Of a stretch of 30,494 nt of DNA, positions 6,697 to 14,524 are shown piece after piece. Made by a program: the position numbers and the translations under genes. Source of the stretch: a virus (Duplodnaviria; Caudoviricetes). The notes under the pieces were generated by a model. The model worked only from the letters and a program-made list of their open reading frames with translations, searched no databases and was not told the DNA's origin. Positions within the stretch are counted from its first letter, which is position 1. Each line of letters begins with the position of its first letter. Where the stretch lies: IMG/VR virus record IMGVR_UViG_3300033067_001482, positions 1 to 30,494 of that record, one strand, 5' to 3'.

Positions 6697-7262
6697 GCCT
6701 TGCCTCCCAAGAGTTGAAGCATGATCTCGTCAAGCTGGCGCTCAAGCTCTTCGATGGTGCCGTCATTGCTCGCTAGGAAGTCCTCGGAGACGCGGCATAC
6801 GGCCGCCTCGCTCTCGTGCGACTTGTCTACCGGATAGCCGGGCCGCCATACGCGGATTACTATGCCGCCTTGCTTGTGGATCTCCTCGGCCTCGTGCGGG
6901 AAGCACAGGTCGGAGATCACGACAAGGGGCTCGTCTTTGGCCCTGGCGAGCAGTGCTTTTACCCATAACTTACGGCCGGTTACGCGCGCGAATTCAGGGT
7001 AGTTTTTCTTGAGTAGGTACTGCCCGAAATCCGTGCCGAGGGCTTGCATAACCTGGCGCGGGCTTATGCCGTACTCGGGGTCGATCTCGTCCTTGCGCGA
7101 TTCTATTTGCCACGGCGACCATGCGAACATGGCGCAGGCCGCAGCCTTCAGGGGCGAGGCGAGGCTAAACCGCGCGTAGTTATACCGGCGCACGAGGTGG
7201 GCGGCGCAGGTGTCCTTGCCGTGGCGGGCGTTGCCGGTAAAAGCGATAATGCGGGGCATCAT
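6693..7262 (-). CDS. Deoxynucleoside monophosphate kinase (phage dNMP kinase family)
   Basis: P-loop TGNARHGKDT, A.PLK, PRQ.MQ.LGT, LWV, VVISDLCFPHE and H.SE. Confidence 0.9.
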   Translation of the reverse strand: MMPRIIAFTGNARHGKDTCAAHLVRRYNYARFSLASPLKAAACAMFAWSPWQIESRKDEIDPEYGISPRQVMQALGTDFGQYLLKKNYPEFARVTGRKLWVKALLARAKDEPLVVISDLCFPHEAEEIHKQGGIVIRVWRPGYPVDKSHESEAAVCRVSEDFLASNDGTIEELERQLDEIMLQLLGGKA

Positions 7263-7567
7263 GGTACGACCACCACGAATTCAGCTACGACCGTTACGCG
7301 CTTGCCGAAGGTTTTTACCGTTACGCCTCCGGCGAAGGTAGCCTCGGCCATGAAGTGCCAGTCGCCCGCGGCCGAAAGCGTAGCGCCTGGGATATCGACA
7401 TGGCACAATCCGCCAGCCGCATCGTCTATCGTCGCGGCGATGCTTCCGGTCGTTCCCGACGGGGTTTTGTACTTTATGGCGACAGTGAGCGCGTCCGTTA
7501 GGTCTGCGGCTATCGTCGCATTTACTCGTAGGCTTTGCCCGATTATGGCGGTAAGTACGCTACTCAT
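7259..7567 (-). CDS. Small beta-rich, Ig/BppU-like putative virion accessory protein
   Basis: I.YK.PSG..G...A.I.....G.......L..AG.W...A...F pattern, translationally coupled to both neighbours. Confidence 0.55.
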   Translation of the reverse strand: MSSVLTAIIGQSLRVNATIAADLTDALTVAIKYKTPSGTTGSIAATIDDAAGGLCHVDIPGATLSAAGDWHFMAEATFAGGVTVKTFGKRVTVVAEFVVVVP

Positions 7568-8412
7568 GCGGTGATCTCCTTGCAGGTTTTTAAGGCTATG
7601 GCGATGTTAGACGGTGCTGGTACAAGCGAAATTTCGTCGCCAGGGGTAGACGCCGAGATTGATAGCAAGACGGGCGCGGGCAATATATCTATAAGCCGCG
7701 CAGAGATTGACAAGAATAGTTGTACCGATTGAACGGGCGGCAATATTTTGAATTGCTCCCACCCTGGGGCGTAGCCGAAAACTGTCAATTCGCCCGTGCT
7801 TGGTTCTATGGCTATGACGATGGACTGCGTGAAATCAGGCGCGAAGCCAGCAAGGACAAGCGCGGCTTCGTGTGGGGTTAGCTCTATCGTGCGAGTCTGT
7901 ACGATCTCGGGCGTGGCCCCGACAAATGCTAGAGTCGCAAAAACTGGCGTCAAGGCGCGCGGTTGCGTTATTGCTGGCGCAAAACCGGCTAGAGATAGAG
8001 CGCCTGCGGACGGCGTGAGCGACTGCGGCTTCGTGATAGCCGGGGCATAGCCGGCGAGCGCGAGCGTTCCGGTAGTAGGGGAAAGAGTCGTCACTACCGT
8101 CACGGAAAGCGTCGGGGCGTAGCCGGTCAGGGCGGCCGTGCCAGAGCCGGGCGATATGGCACGAGGTTGAACGATAGTCGGGGCATATCCGGCGATGGAT
8201 GCCGCGCCGGTGGCGGGGGTGCGGGCGTTCGGCTGGGCGAGAGAAGGGCTGGCACCTGCGAGAGTAAGGGCTCCGGCGAGCGGGGTGAGCGTAAGGCCGG
8301 ACGCGACCGGCGCTGGCGGAAAAATTAAGTCGTCGGCCGCGTCCTCGGCTGGATTGGGGAGTTGAGTTAAATTAAGTAGTGGTAGCCCGTCAATCCAGTA
8401 TGAGTCGTTCAT
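7564..8412 (-). CDS. Repeat-containing putative fibre/filament protein
   Basis: About eight 22-24 aa repeats of consensus L(T/S)P.(T/A)G.L.LAG(Y/F)AP.I.Q. A/T/P/G-rich with few charged residues. Confidence 0.65.
   Translation of the reverse strand: MNDSYWIDGLPLLNLTQLPNPAEDAADDLIFPPAPVASGLTLTPLAGALTLAGASPSLAQPNARTPATGAASIAGYAPTIVQPRAISPGSGTAALTGYAPTLSVTVVTTLSPTTGTLALAGYAPAITKPQSLTPSAGALSLAGFAPAITQPRALTPVFATLAFVGATPEIVQTRTIELTPHEAALVLAGFAPDFTQSIVIAIEPSTGELTVFGYAPGWEQFKILPPVQSVQLFLSISARLIDILPAPVLLSISASTPGDEISLVPAPSNIAIALKTCKEITA
7753..8295 (-). repeat. Eight coding tandem repeats (about 66-72 nt period)
   Basis: TPLAGALTLAGASP, TPATGAASIAGYAP, SPGSGTAALTGYAP, SPTTGTLALAGYAP, TPSAGALSLAGFAP, TPVFATLAFVGATP, TPHEAALVLAGFAP, EPSTGELTVFGYAP. 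Confidence 0.9.
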
Positions 8413-8413
8413 G

Positions 8414-9241
8414 CTATGACTCGTCTACCCAGCCAATTTTCATATCGCCTTGAATAATGCCCGTTGATGTCGTGGAGCATTGAACGAGCAATTCAAGGCA
8501 AGATGTTTTTTGTATTATCGGGAGGCCCAGGGAAATCGCGTCGACGCCGGGGGCTTGAATGTTAGCGAGCATCTGCCCGACGGTTCCCTTTGCTACCCTT
8601 GCGGTAACGCCGAAGCTACCTACGGTGCCGGTCGTACCGGAAAGCGTCACGGATTGGATGCTCTTTATGGCGATGCCGTCGGTAGGCATGATATAAACGC
8701 ACCTGCCGGAACGATTGAGCGGAGACGCACCGCTGAAGCCCGTTATTACGACCGTTTTACTGCCAGTATCATTCGCGTCGGTATAGGTGATCGTAAGGTT
8801 TGCGGCGGTGGTTCCGATGTCGGTATATATCTCGACGTACCACTCTACGTCTTGATAATCAGAGCGACACCTTCCAGCGGCAAGGGCCGTTTCTACTGCT
8901 AGGTTTACCGTCTGCGCGGTTAGCACTGTGCCGGAAAGCCCCGCCATGTGGGAGATACGGTCATAAAGCATATAGCTTCCGACCGTAACGCCGAGCGGGG
9001 CGAATCGGTATACGCGCCCCGTCATCGTGCCCCAGTCCGGTAAAACTATTCCGCCGGCGGTATCATCGTTGGGAGTAGCGGCGGCGCCGGGGATTGCTCC
9101 TTGCGACCAGAACGCACTACCAACGGCGCGCCAGAGCGACGCGACATAGCCGGCGGCCATATTGGCTACCGAGGCTTTATAGATAGGCACTCGTAGCCCT
9201 ACGGCCATAGCGGCCAGCATTTTATCTCTCGTGAGCGCCAT
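8414..9241 (-). CDS. Hypothetical beta-rich putative virion protein
   Basis: 275-aa G/T/A/S-rich ORF (SLWRA.G, LYDRI.H..GLSG, TITYTD) tightly packed in the operon. Lower GC than its flanks. Confidence 0.6.
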   Translation of the reverse strand: MALTRDKMLAAMAVGLRVPIYKASVANMAAGYVASLWRAVGSAFWSQGAIPGAAATPNDDTAGGIVLPDWGTMTGRVYRFAPLGVTVGSYMLYDRISHMAGLSGTVLTAQTVNLAVETALAAGRCRSDYQDVEWYVEIYTDIGTTAANLTITYTDANDTGSKTVVITGFSGASPLNRSGRCVYIMPTDGIAIKSIQSVTLSGTTGTVGSFGVTARVAKGTVGQMLANIQAPGVDAISLGLPIIQKTSCLELLVQCSTTSTGIIQGDMKIGWVDES

Positions 9242-9242
9242 A

Positions 9243-9704
9243 TTACGGCCTCGTCAGCGTAAACCACCCATTCGCCGGGCAGTTTATCGTTAAGGTGTTC
9301 CCGGCGCTCGTGGCGGGAACGTCTGCGGGCGTATCGTCGCCGATGAAGTAGCCGAGCAGAGGGTTCGTCATGCCTTCGACGGTTCCGGCTATGTACAAAA
9401 CCGCATAGCGCCATGCCGCGATGTTTCCGCCCGAAGCCGTCCACGAGGGAGCGGCAGAGCTGAATTTATAGCCCTTCGAGATTTCGGTGAGCAAAGGCGA
9501 AAGGATGGTATAGCCGCCAGCCGTGTAGCCGTTCGCGGCGGCTATTTCATTCGCGGATACGTCGGCCCATTCGTCGTGCGTGTCCTGGTTCGGCGTCCAG
9601 CCAGAGCCGACAAGGGCCATCTTGATCGTAAGCGAAGTGAGGTCAGCCCCGCCCATAAGCGCCTTAGCGGTCGCGTCGAAAAATTGCAGCGTTCCTACTG
9701 CCAT
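9243..9704 (-). CDS. Small putative virion structural protein (appendage base or fibre subunit)
   Basis: AAGGAG RBS. DL....IKMALV...WTP..D.HD...DV.ANEI....GYTAGG, W.A.GG.I...RYAV.Y and L.GY recall a widespread phage structural family. Confidence 0.65.
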   Translation of the reverse strand: MAVGTLQFFDATAKALMGGADLTSLTIKMALVGSGWTPNQDTHDEWADVSANEIAAANGYTAGGYTILSPLLTEISKGYKFSSAAPSWTASGGNIAAWRYAVLYIAGTVEGMTNPLLGYFIGDDTPADVPATSAGNTLTINCPANGWFTLTRP

Positions 9705-9707
9705 ATA

Positions 9708-9995
9708 TTACTCCTTATCTTTCACAAGGCGGCCTTCGCGCTCTAGTTGCGCGCGTATGTCCTCGACGGAGCGAATATACGCGACCATTTCCACCCAGTA
9801 ATCGAGCGGAACGAGGACGATAGTCTCCGTCGCGTCAAGGCTTATCCCGTCGGGCGGCAGCGGTAAGATCGGCCAGTCCAGGGGCAGGCTTTGCTCCGGT
9901 ACGCTCGGCCGACTCGCGCAGGAGGTCAAGACTAGCATCGAGACGAGCAGGAGCAGGGCCAGAGCGCAGGCGGGCAAGGTCTTTTTCGAGAACAC
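9708..9995 (-). CDS. o-spanin (Rz1-like outer-membrane lipoprotein)
   Basis: GGAGG-N6-GTG at 9995, signal peptide with lipobox LTSC, Pro-rich mature region. Its 5' half overlaps the i-spanin in another frame. Confidence 0.8.
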   Translation of the reverse strand: MFSKKTLPACALALLLLVSMLVLTSCASRPSVPEQSLPLDWPILPLPPDGISLDATETIVLVPLDYWVEMVAYIRSVEDIRAQLEREGRLVKDKE

Positions 9996-10146
9996 GGCGG
10001 GCCTCCAGGGATTGAATAAAGGATTCGTGGGCGCGCTCATAGCGGAGTTGCATGTCGCGGTACTCGTCTTTTACGCGCCGCGAGTACTTGAGCGAGAGGT
10101 ATAGAGCGCCGGAAAGCGCGAGGATTATGCCGACGAGGTAGAGCAT
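9835..10146 (-). CDS. i-spanin (Rz-like)
   Basis: N-terminal transmembrane helix then a coiled coil. Follows the holin and overlaps a lipoprotein gene. Confidence 0.8.
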   Translation of the reverse strand: MLYLVGIILALSGALYLSLKYSRRVKDEYRDMQLRYERAHESFIQSLEARRVLEKDLARLRSGPAPARLDASLDLLRESAERTGAKPAPGLADLTAAARRDKP

Positions 10147-10409
10147 TAGCGCGCCCCTAGCCTACTGCCTGCACCTTCGAGCACAGTCACGCCGAGAAGC
10201 GCAGCGCCAGCGGTTATGAGGGCCACGCCTGCGCTTATGGCGATCTGCGCGTTAGGCATAGGCTCAAGCCTAAAAATGGCAACGGCGCCCACCGCAAGCA
10301 AGAGGAGGCTGCCTGCCCCGATGAGCGCCGCGCCAAAAGCTCGCTTTGAAGATTTCACGCCGGGAGACTCTTCGAGTATGCCGGTGATTTGCTGGGTGAT
10401 GTCGCTCAT
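10146..10409 (-). CDS. Holin (two transmembrane helices, MSDITQQ...)
   Basis: GGAGG RBS and ATGA coupling at 10409. KSSKR precedes TM1, then a second TM. Lies between the lysin and the spanins. Confidence 0.75.
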   Translation of the reverse strand: MSDITQQITGILEESPGVKSSKRAFGAALIGAGSLLLLAVGAVAIFRLEPMPNAQIAISAGVALITAGAALLGVTVLEGAGSRLGAR

Positions 10410-11005
10410 ACGGTACCTCCGTAAATTACGATATAGGGCTGGACGTTTTGCTCGTACTCGACGCGCCCTATGCGCCGGGCAAAGCCGTCTCCGCCAACGC
10501 GGGCGGGCCATGAGTCGTGATAGATGATCTCGCCTTTTTCGTCGTCGTAGGCTACGGCGGCCAGGTAGTGCCCCGGGGACTTGAGGCATATCTGCGCCGC
10601 GTGGCCGTCCTTGATGAGTTGCACGACCGAGGCCCATGAGCCGCCGAAGGAAAAGCGACCGGAGGCTCCGAACACTTCGCGCACCGCGAGCGGGTAGTAC
10701 TGCGGGACTCGGTTGCCCTGGATGCCCTCGGGGTTTACGTCGCGGCGTTCACGGCGCAATGCGTCGTAGTTCCTCGGATCGTTGAAAAAGTCGGCAAGCA
10801 CCTCCTCGGGCTGTGGGCGATACGGGCCGGGGCATACGATCTCAAGCGGTACGCCGAGGGCCGCAAGGCAATTGACCGCCGCCGTCGGGCCGCAGGTTTC
10901 AAGCCAGGAATCCGCGCCGGATTTCCGCAGTTGCTCCTCGGTGGGGTTGTTCGTCTGCGTGAAATAGCGGGCGCGGTCGCTCCAGTTGGGCGCGCCGGTT
11001 ATCAT
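10406..11005 (-). CDS. C39-like cysteine peptidase, probable endolysin
   Basis: YFTQ, CGPTAA (Cys), GHYLA.V.YD (His) and YHDSW (Asp). Occupies the lysin slot. Confidence 0.75.
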   Translation of the reverse strand: MITGAPNWSDRARYFTQTNNPTEEQLRKSGADSWLETCGPTAAVNCLAALGVPLEIVCPGPYRPQPEEVLADFFNDPRNYDALRRERRDVNPEGIQGNRVPQYYPLAVREVFGASGRFSFGGSWASVVQLIKDGHAAQICLKSPGHYLAAVAYDDEKGEIIYHDSWPARVGGDGFARRIGRVEYEQNVQPYIVIYGGTV

Positions 11006-11337
11006 GCGACACTTCCAGAGAGCGCTACGATAGCCACGATGACCGCCGCGATCGCCGCAAAAGACCCTAAGAAGGTAGCGACAAGCATCGCCTTTTCGCG
11101 GGTGCTCATTTTTCTACGTTCTACGCGCTCGCGTTTTTCTTCGTCGGCGCACTCGTGATCCTCCCGCGATAAAAGCGTCGGGAGCGTTTTTTCTATCACC
11201 TCGACGCGCTCTTTCGTATCGCGCACTTGAGACGCAAGCCCGTCGCCGTTCGAGCCGATCACGGCATACCAGAGTTGATAGACCATTTCTTCCATCGTTG
11301 CGGGGCGGGCAATTTTAGTCACGCTAGTACACTCCAT
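11002..11337 (-). CDS. Coiled-coil protein with a C-terminal transmembrane helix (lysis-associated, holin/antiholin-like)
   Basis: G.NG.GL...V...E.R...IE coiled coil followed by a hydrophobic C-terminus. Immediately upstream of the lysin. Confidence 0.6.
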   Translation of the reverse strand: MECTSVTKIARPATMEEMVYQLWYAVIGSNGDGLASQVRDTKERVEVIEKTLPTLLSREDHECADEEKRERVERRKMSTREKAMLVATFLGSFAAIAAVIVAIVALSGSVA

Positions 11338-11641
11338 CGGGCGGGATATAAAGTCGACCGGCGACTACGAATTCGCCGTTTCCGTCTGCTCGGGCCTGGG
11401 CTTCATAAAGCAGCTTGCGCTCAAGGAATCGTGCCTCGCTCGTGCAATGCTCCTCGTAGAGAATCGCGCCGCTCGCAGCCACGAGGTACAAGGCCCATCG
11501 CTCGTATTCGGAAAGCACAACGGGCGCCTCGACGACCGGCGCTTCGACCGCGGGCTCGGTTTCGATGTAGTAGTACCGCTCGATCACGGGCTGGGTACAC
11601 GAGGCGAGCAGCAGAGCCGCGAGAATTGCCAGCCTACGCAA
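11324..11641 (-). CDS. Lipoprotein of unknown function
   Basis: MRRLAILAALLLASC lipobox, GGAG RBS and a short VEAPV repeat linker. Confidence 0.7.
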   Translation of the reverse strand: MRRLAILAALLLASCTQPVIERYYYIETEPAVEAPVVEAPVVLSEYERWALYLVAASGAILYEEHCTSEARFLERKLLYEAQARADGNGEFVVAGRLYIPPDGVY

Positions 11642-11849
11642 GCGGTTTCTCCTCGGGTTCGGGTTCTACGGGGAAGGCGAAGGGCTCCTCGCTGATATAC
11701 GGGTGCCAGTCGCCACCGCGGGCACGGCACTCGCACTCGAACATGCTCCAGCGGTCGTGCGCTTTTTCTTGCGTCGGGTAGGTTTCTGCGCCTTCGATTT
11801 CCTTCGTTGCGCTGTTGTAGATACATACGTGAATTTTTTGCGTAGCCAT
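11634..11849 (-). CDS. Small acidic hypothetical protein downstream of the tail fibre (possible fibre chaperone)
   Basis: Strong AAGGAGG RBS and position after the fibre gene. Confidence 0.6.
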   Translation of the reverse strand: MATQKIHVCIYNSATKEIEGAETYPTQEKAHDRWSMFECECRARGGDWHPYISEEPFAFPVEPEPEEKPLA

Positions 11850-11867
11850 GTTTGCCTCCTTGAGATG

Positions 11868-12830
11868 TTAAGCGGCCTTGATGCCAGCCCAGGTGTAGAC
11901 GTACTGGCCGACGGTGCGGGGGTCGGTGGTTTTGCCGGTGCGAGGGGTACCGTTGGTGCCGTCGGTTATGGCCGTAGTAGTTGGGAATATTCCAGAATCG
12001 TTTCGCAACACTCCGCCAGCAGAACCGGAGTTGCCGAGCCCGGATGTTCCGAAATTATACTTTACGCCCTGCCCCCTATCCATCTTTCTAAACCCGCCAA
12101 CGACTTCCCCGTCAGCATCGCCAGCGGCCACGCCTACGAATCCGGCAATTTTGTGAAGCCTTGCGTTCGCGCTTCCTGCTATGCGGTAGGTGTAAACGCA
12201 AGCGGTCTGCGAGCCGGAGGCGGGGGTTCCGGTTACGACGACGGTGCGCGCTACGAGATTGATCGCGCCAGAAATCGCATAGTCGGTGCCTGCGATATTA
12301 AGGCATCGCTGGGTGGTGCTCGTCGAAGTATCAGCGGCGAAGGTCGCGGCCTGCCCGCCGTTAAGAAAGCCGGAGACAAGGGAGTCTTCCTGCAAGAGCT
12401 TGACGAGCGCGTTTGCGGCCGGAGTGTCGGGGAAGGTTACGGTTGAGCCGGACACGCTTACGGTGTGGTCGGTTACTCCTTTGACTTTGGCTTTCTGCGC
12501 GCGGAGTTTCGCAACGAGCGGCGGGTACATGGCCGGCGTGATGTCCTGGTCGACGTTGCGGGGGATGGCGGGGAAATCTGCGCTCGGGGTTTCCTCGGTT
12601 TCCATGAAAAGAAGCTCGCCGACTTGATGCGAAAGCCCGCGCACGGCGCGCAAGAGCTGGGTCTGCGAGCCGCCGTCGAGAGTAAGCCCGAGCCCTTCGA
12701 TTACGGCGCAGATTTCTTCTTGGAGGTTGTTTCTGTCCTCGGCTATGCCGGCCGTTCCGGTCGTGCCGGTTCCGGGGTTGCGGTCTACGTGAAGCCCGCC
12801 GACGCTATTCGGCGCAGTTGTTCTTTTCAT
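11868..12830 (-). CDS. Tail fibre protein
   Basis: N-terminal baseplate anchor (NNLQEEICAVIE..G..LD....QLL.AV) and collar-like C-terminus (D..QG...GTPRTG..T.PR.V). AAGGAGG RBS. Confidence 0.85.
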   Translation of the reverse strand: MKRTTAPNSVGGLHVDRNPGTGTTGTAGIAEDRNNLQEEICAVIEGLGLTLDGGSQTQLLRAVRGLSHQVGELLFMETEETPSADFPAIPRNVDQDITPAMYPPLVAKLRAQKAKVKGVTDHTVSVSGSTVTFPDTPAANALVKLLQEDSLVSGFLNGGQAATFAADTSTSTTQRCLNIAGTDYAISGAINLVARTVVVTGTPASGSQTACVYTYRIAGSANARLHKIAGFVGVAAGDADGEVVGGFRKMDRGQGVKYNFGTSGLGNSGSAGGVLRNDSGIFPTTTAITDGTNGTPRTGKTTDPRTVGQYVYTWAGIKAA

Positions 12831-12848
12831 TCGTTGCCTCCTTGGTTA

Positions 12849-13439
12849 TCAGGTGCCATCGTTTCCGCACTCTTCTATGCCGCAAATCGCAAGCCCGCTC
12901 TCGGTCGTCGCGGTGAGCCCGAGTATCGTCATGGATGAACACGGCACGAGGTGAAGCGGCGCAAAGTGCGCGATTATTGCCGCGACGCGAGCGGCTTCCG
13001 CGTCGTTGTTAAGCTCGCCAGAAACGTCAAAATAAACGGGCGAGTAGTCGCCTTCTACGCCGGCGCATTGCTCGACTCCAGCCTCGGCCGCTCCGCACTC
13101 GCTCGTGGCGCTTACTTCGGAAATAATCACGCCGGAAAATTCGCGCGTGACTTGTTCTTGTAGCTGGTTCCGCGTCATGCCGCCGACCGAAAGTCGGATA
13201 TTCTCAAGGCGCTCGCGCTGGGTGGCGAGCGGAAGCGTCTCGTCGTATTGAAGGCCGAGGGCCGCGTGCCATTCGGGCAGAGTGTCGGTCGCGGTGCCTG
13301 GGTTCGCTTCGGCGACGATCTTGCGGGCCGCTAGCCTCGCGGCTTCGAGCGCTTCGCCGAGCGCTATGGTCAGCGGATCGTCGTGTATAAGTCGCCACGC
13401 CCTACCACGAGGAAATAGCAGCCGAAAGGCGTCGCGCAT
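12849..13439 (-). CDS. Baseplate wedge protein, Mu gp48 / YmfQ-like
   Basis: LFPRGRAW, EANP.TA...LPEW...LGL and APLH. Start re-called to the TAATG-coupled ATG at 13439. Confidence 0.85.
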   Translation of the reverse strand: MRDAFRLLFPRGRAWRLIHDDPLTIALGEALEAARLAARKIVAEANPGTATDTLPEWHAALGLQYDETLPLATQRERLENIRLSVGGMTRNQLQEQVTREFSGVIISEVSATSECGAAEAGVEQCAGVEGDYSPVYFDVSGELNNDAEAARVAAIIAHFAPLHLVPCSSMTILGLTATTESGLAICGIEECGNDGT

Positions 13440-14524
13440 TACGCCCATGTCACCGTCCCTGGCTTGGCGATCTCGCCGATGGGTAGCGTGTACGTCGTGA
13501 CGCCGGAGCCTATGCCGGAAATGGTAAGCGTGACGGCGGTCGCCACGGCTACCGAGGCTATAACAAGCGCCCATACGGCCGCGAGGCTTATCACGTCAGT
13601 CGGCGCGGGGTCGTCGCTAAATTGCTTCGGGTATGCGGCGTATATGTAAGACTCGAAGGCCGCCTCGATGCGCGCTTTCGTTGCCGCGTCGGCAGGTGAT
13701 ACGCCGGTTATAGACACGTCAACGGTGCGCTCGGTGGGTGCCTGCGCGTATACGGTCGCGCATAGTGGGCGGCGGAGCGGGTCTTGCAAGTACGACTGCA
13801 CCTCCGCAATTTTCCCGGCTTCGGGGATGCGCGCGGCGCCGGTAAGCGCGGCTAGTGGGTAGACGTATACGTCCGTACCCGAGCGCGTGGCGTGAGCGAA
13901 TTCTATGCCGGCAACTTCCATCGCCCAGCGAACATAGTCGCCCGTCGCGCCGCCCTGGGGCTGGTTTCTCATGCGCTGGATGATACGGGCGCGATACGAG
14001 GCGACCGTTTCGGCGTCTATGGCGGCGACGGACAAAGAAGCGACGACTGCGCTCGTGATACCGGCTATCGGGGAAGGAAGCGCAAGCTCCGTGGCCGGCG
14101 CGAGGTTCCCGCTTATTCCTGCGACAAGGGCTTCGACCTGGGCGCTCGCGGTTCCGCCTATGATGGTAACGTCCGCCGACTGCGTAAACACGAGCGAGCC
14201 ATAAGCCCATAGTGTGCCGGCCGCGACGACGGTATCCTCGGCGCCTGTAATCGTGATAGCGAGTATCGCCGTCGTGGCAGCGCGGCGAGGCATGGCGTAG
14301 CGCTCTCCGAGATAGGCAAGGAATTCAGCGTCGGCGGTCTGCGGGTGTATCTGCCGCATGGCCCATAAAATGACTTGATACAAAAGCGCGAGGGCGCCGG
14401 AAAGTGCGACTGCGAAAACGCGGACGACCGCGCGGGCGAGGATTGGTATGCTCGTCCCGATCTTGCCTTCGACGCTGGCAATGATCTGCGCTTCTATCGA
14501 GGCGCGGGTGGGTGGGGTGTACAC
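13439..14524 (-). CDS. Baseplate J-like protein (Mu gp47)
   Basis: QI.PQTAD...L...G, G..GNL, DAET...YRARI......PQGG...DY.RWA.EV.G and RPLCA.V. Confidence 0.93.
   Translation of the reverse strand: MYTPPTRASIEAQIIASVEGKIGTSIPILARAVVRVFAVALSGALALLYQVILWAMRQIHPQTADAEFLAYLGERYAMPRRAATTAILAITITGAEDTVVAAGTLWAYGSLVFTQSADVTIIGGTASAQVEALVAGISGNLAPATELALPSPIAGITSAVVASLSVAAIDAETVASYRARIIQRMRNQPQGGATGDYVRWAMEVAGIEFAHATRSGTDVYVYPLAALTGAARIPEAGKIAEVQSYLQDPLRRPLCATVYAQAPTERTVDVSITGVSPADAATKARIEAAFESYIYAAYPKQFSDDPAPTDVISLAAVWALVIASVAVATAVTLTISGIGSGVTTYTLPIGEIAKPGTVTWA

Noticed and set aside
5402-7262. Known DNA base-modification pathway (dZ/PurZ, 7-deazaguanine, hydroxymethyl-pyrimidine)
   Set aside because: None of the signature synthetases or transferases is in the window.
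10410-10637. N-terminal extension of the holin ORF (likewise 13440-13574 for gp48 and 9996-10040 for the o-spanin)
   Set aside because: These overlap upstream genes, and downstream starts have an RBS or translational coupling.
11868-12830. Diversity-generating retroelement or invertible fibre cassette
   Set aside because: No reverse transcriptase, template repeat, second fibre tip or invertase is visible in the window.
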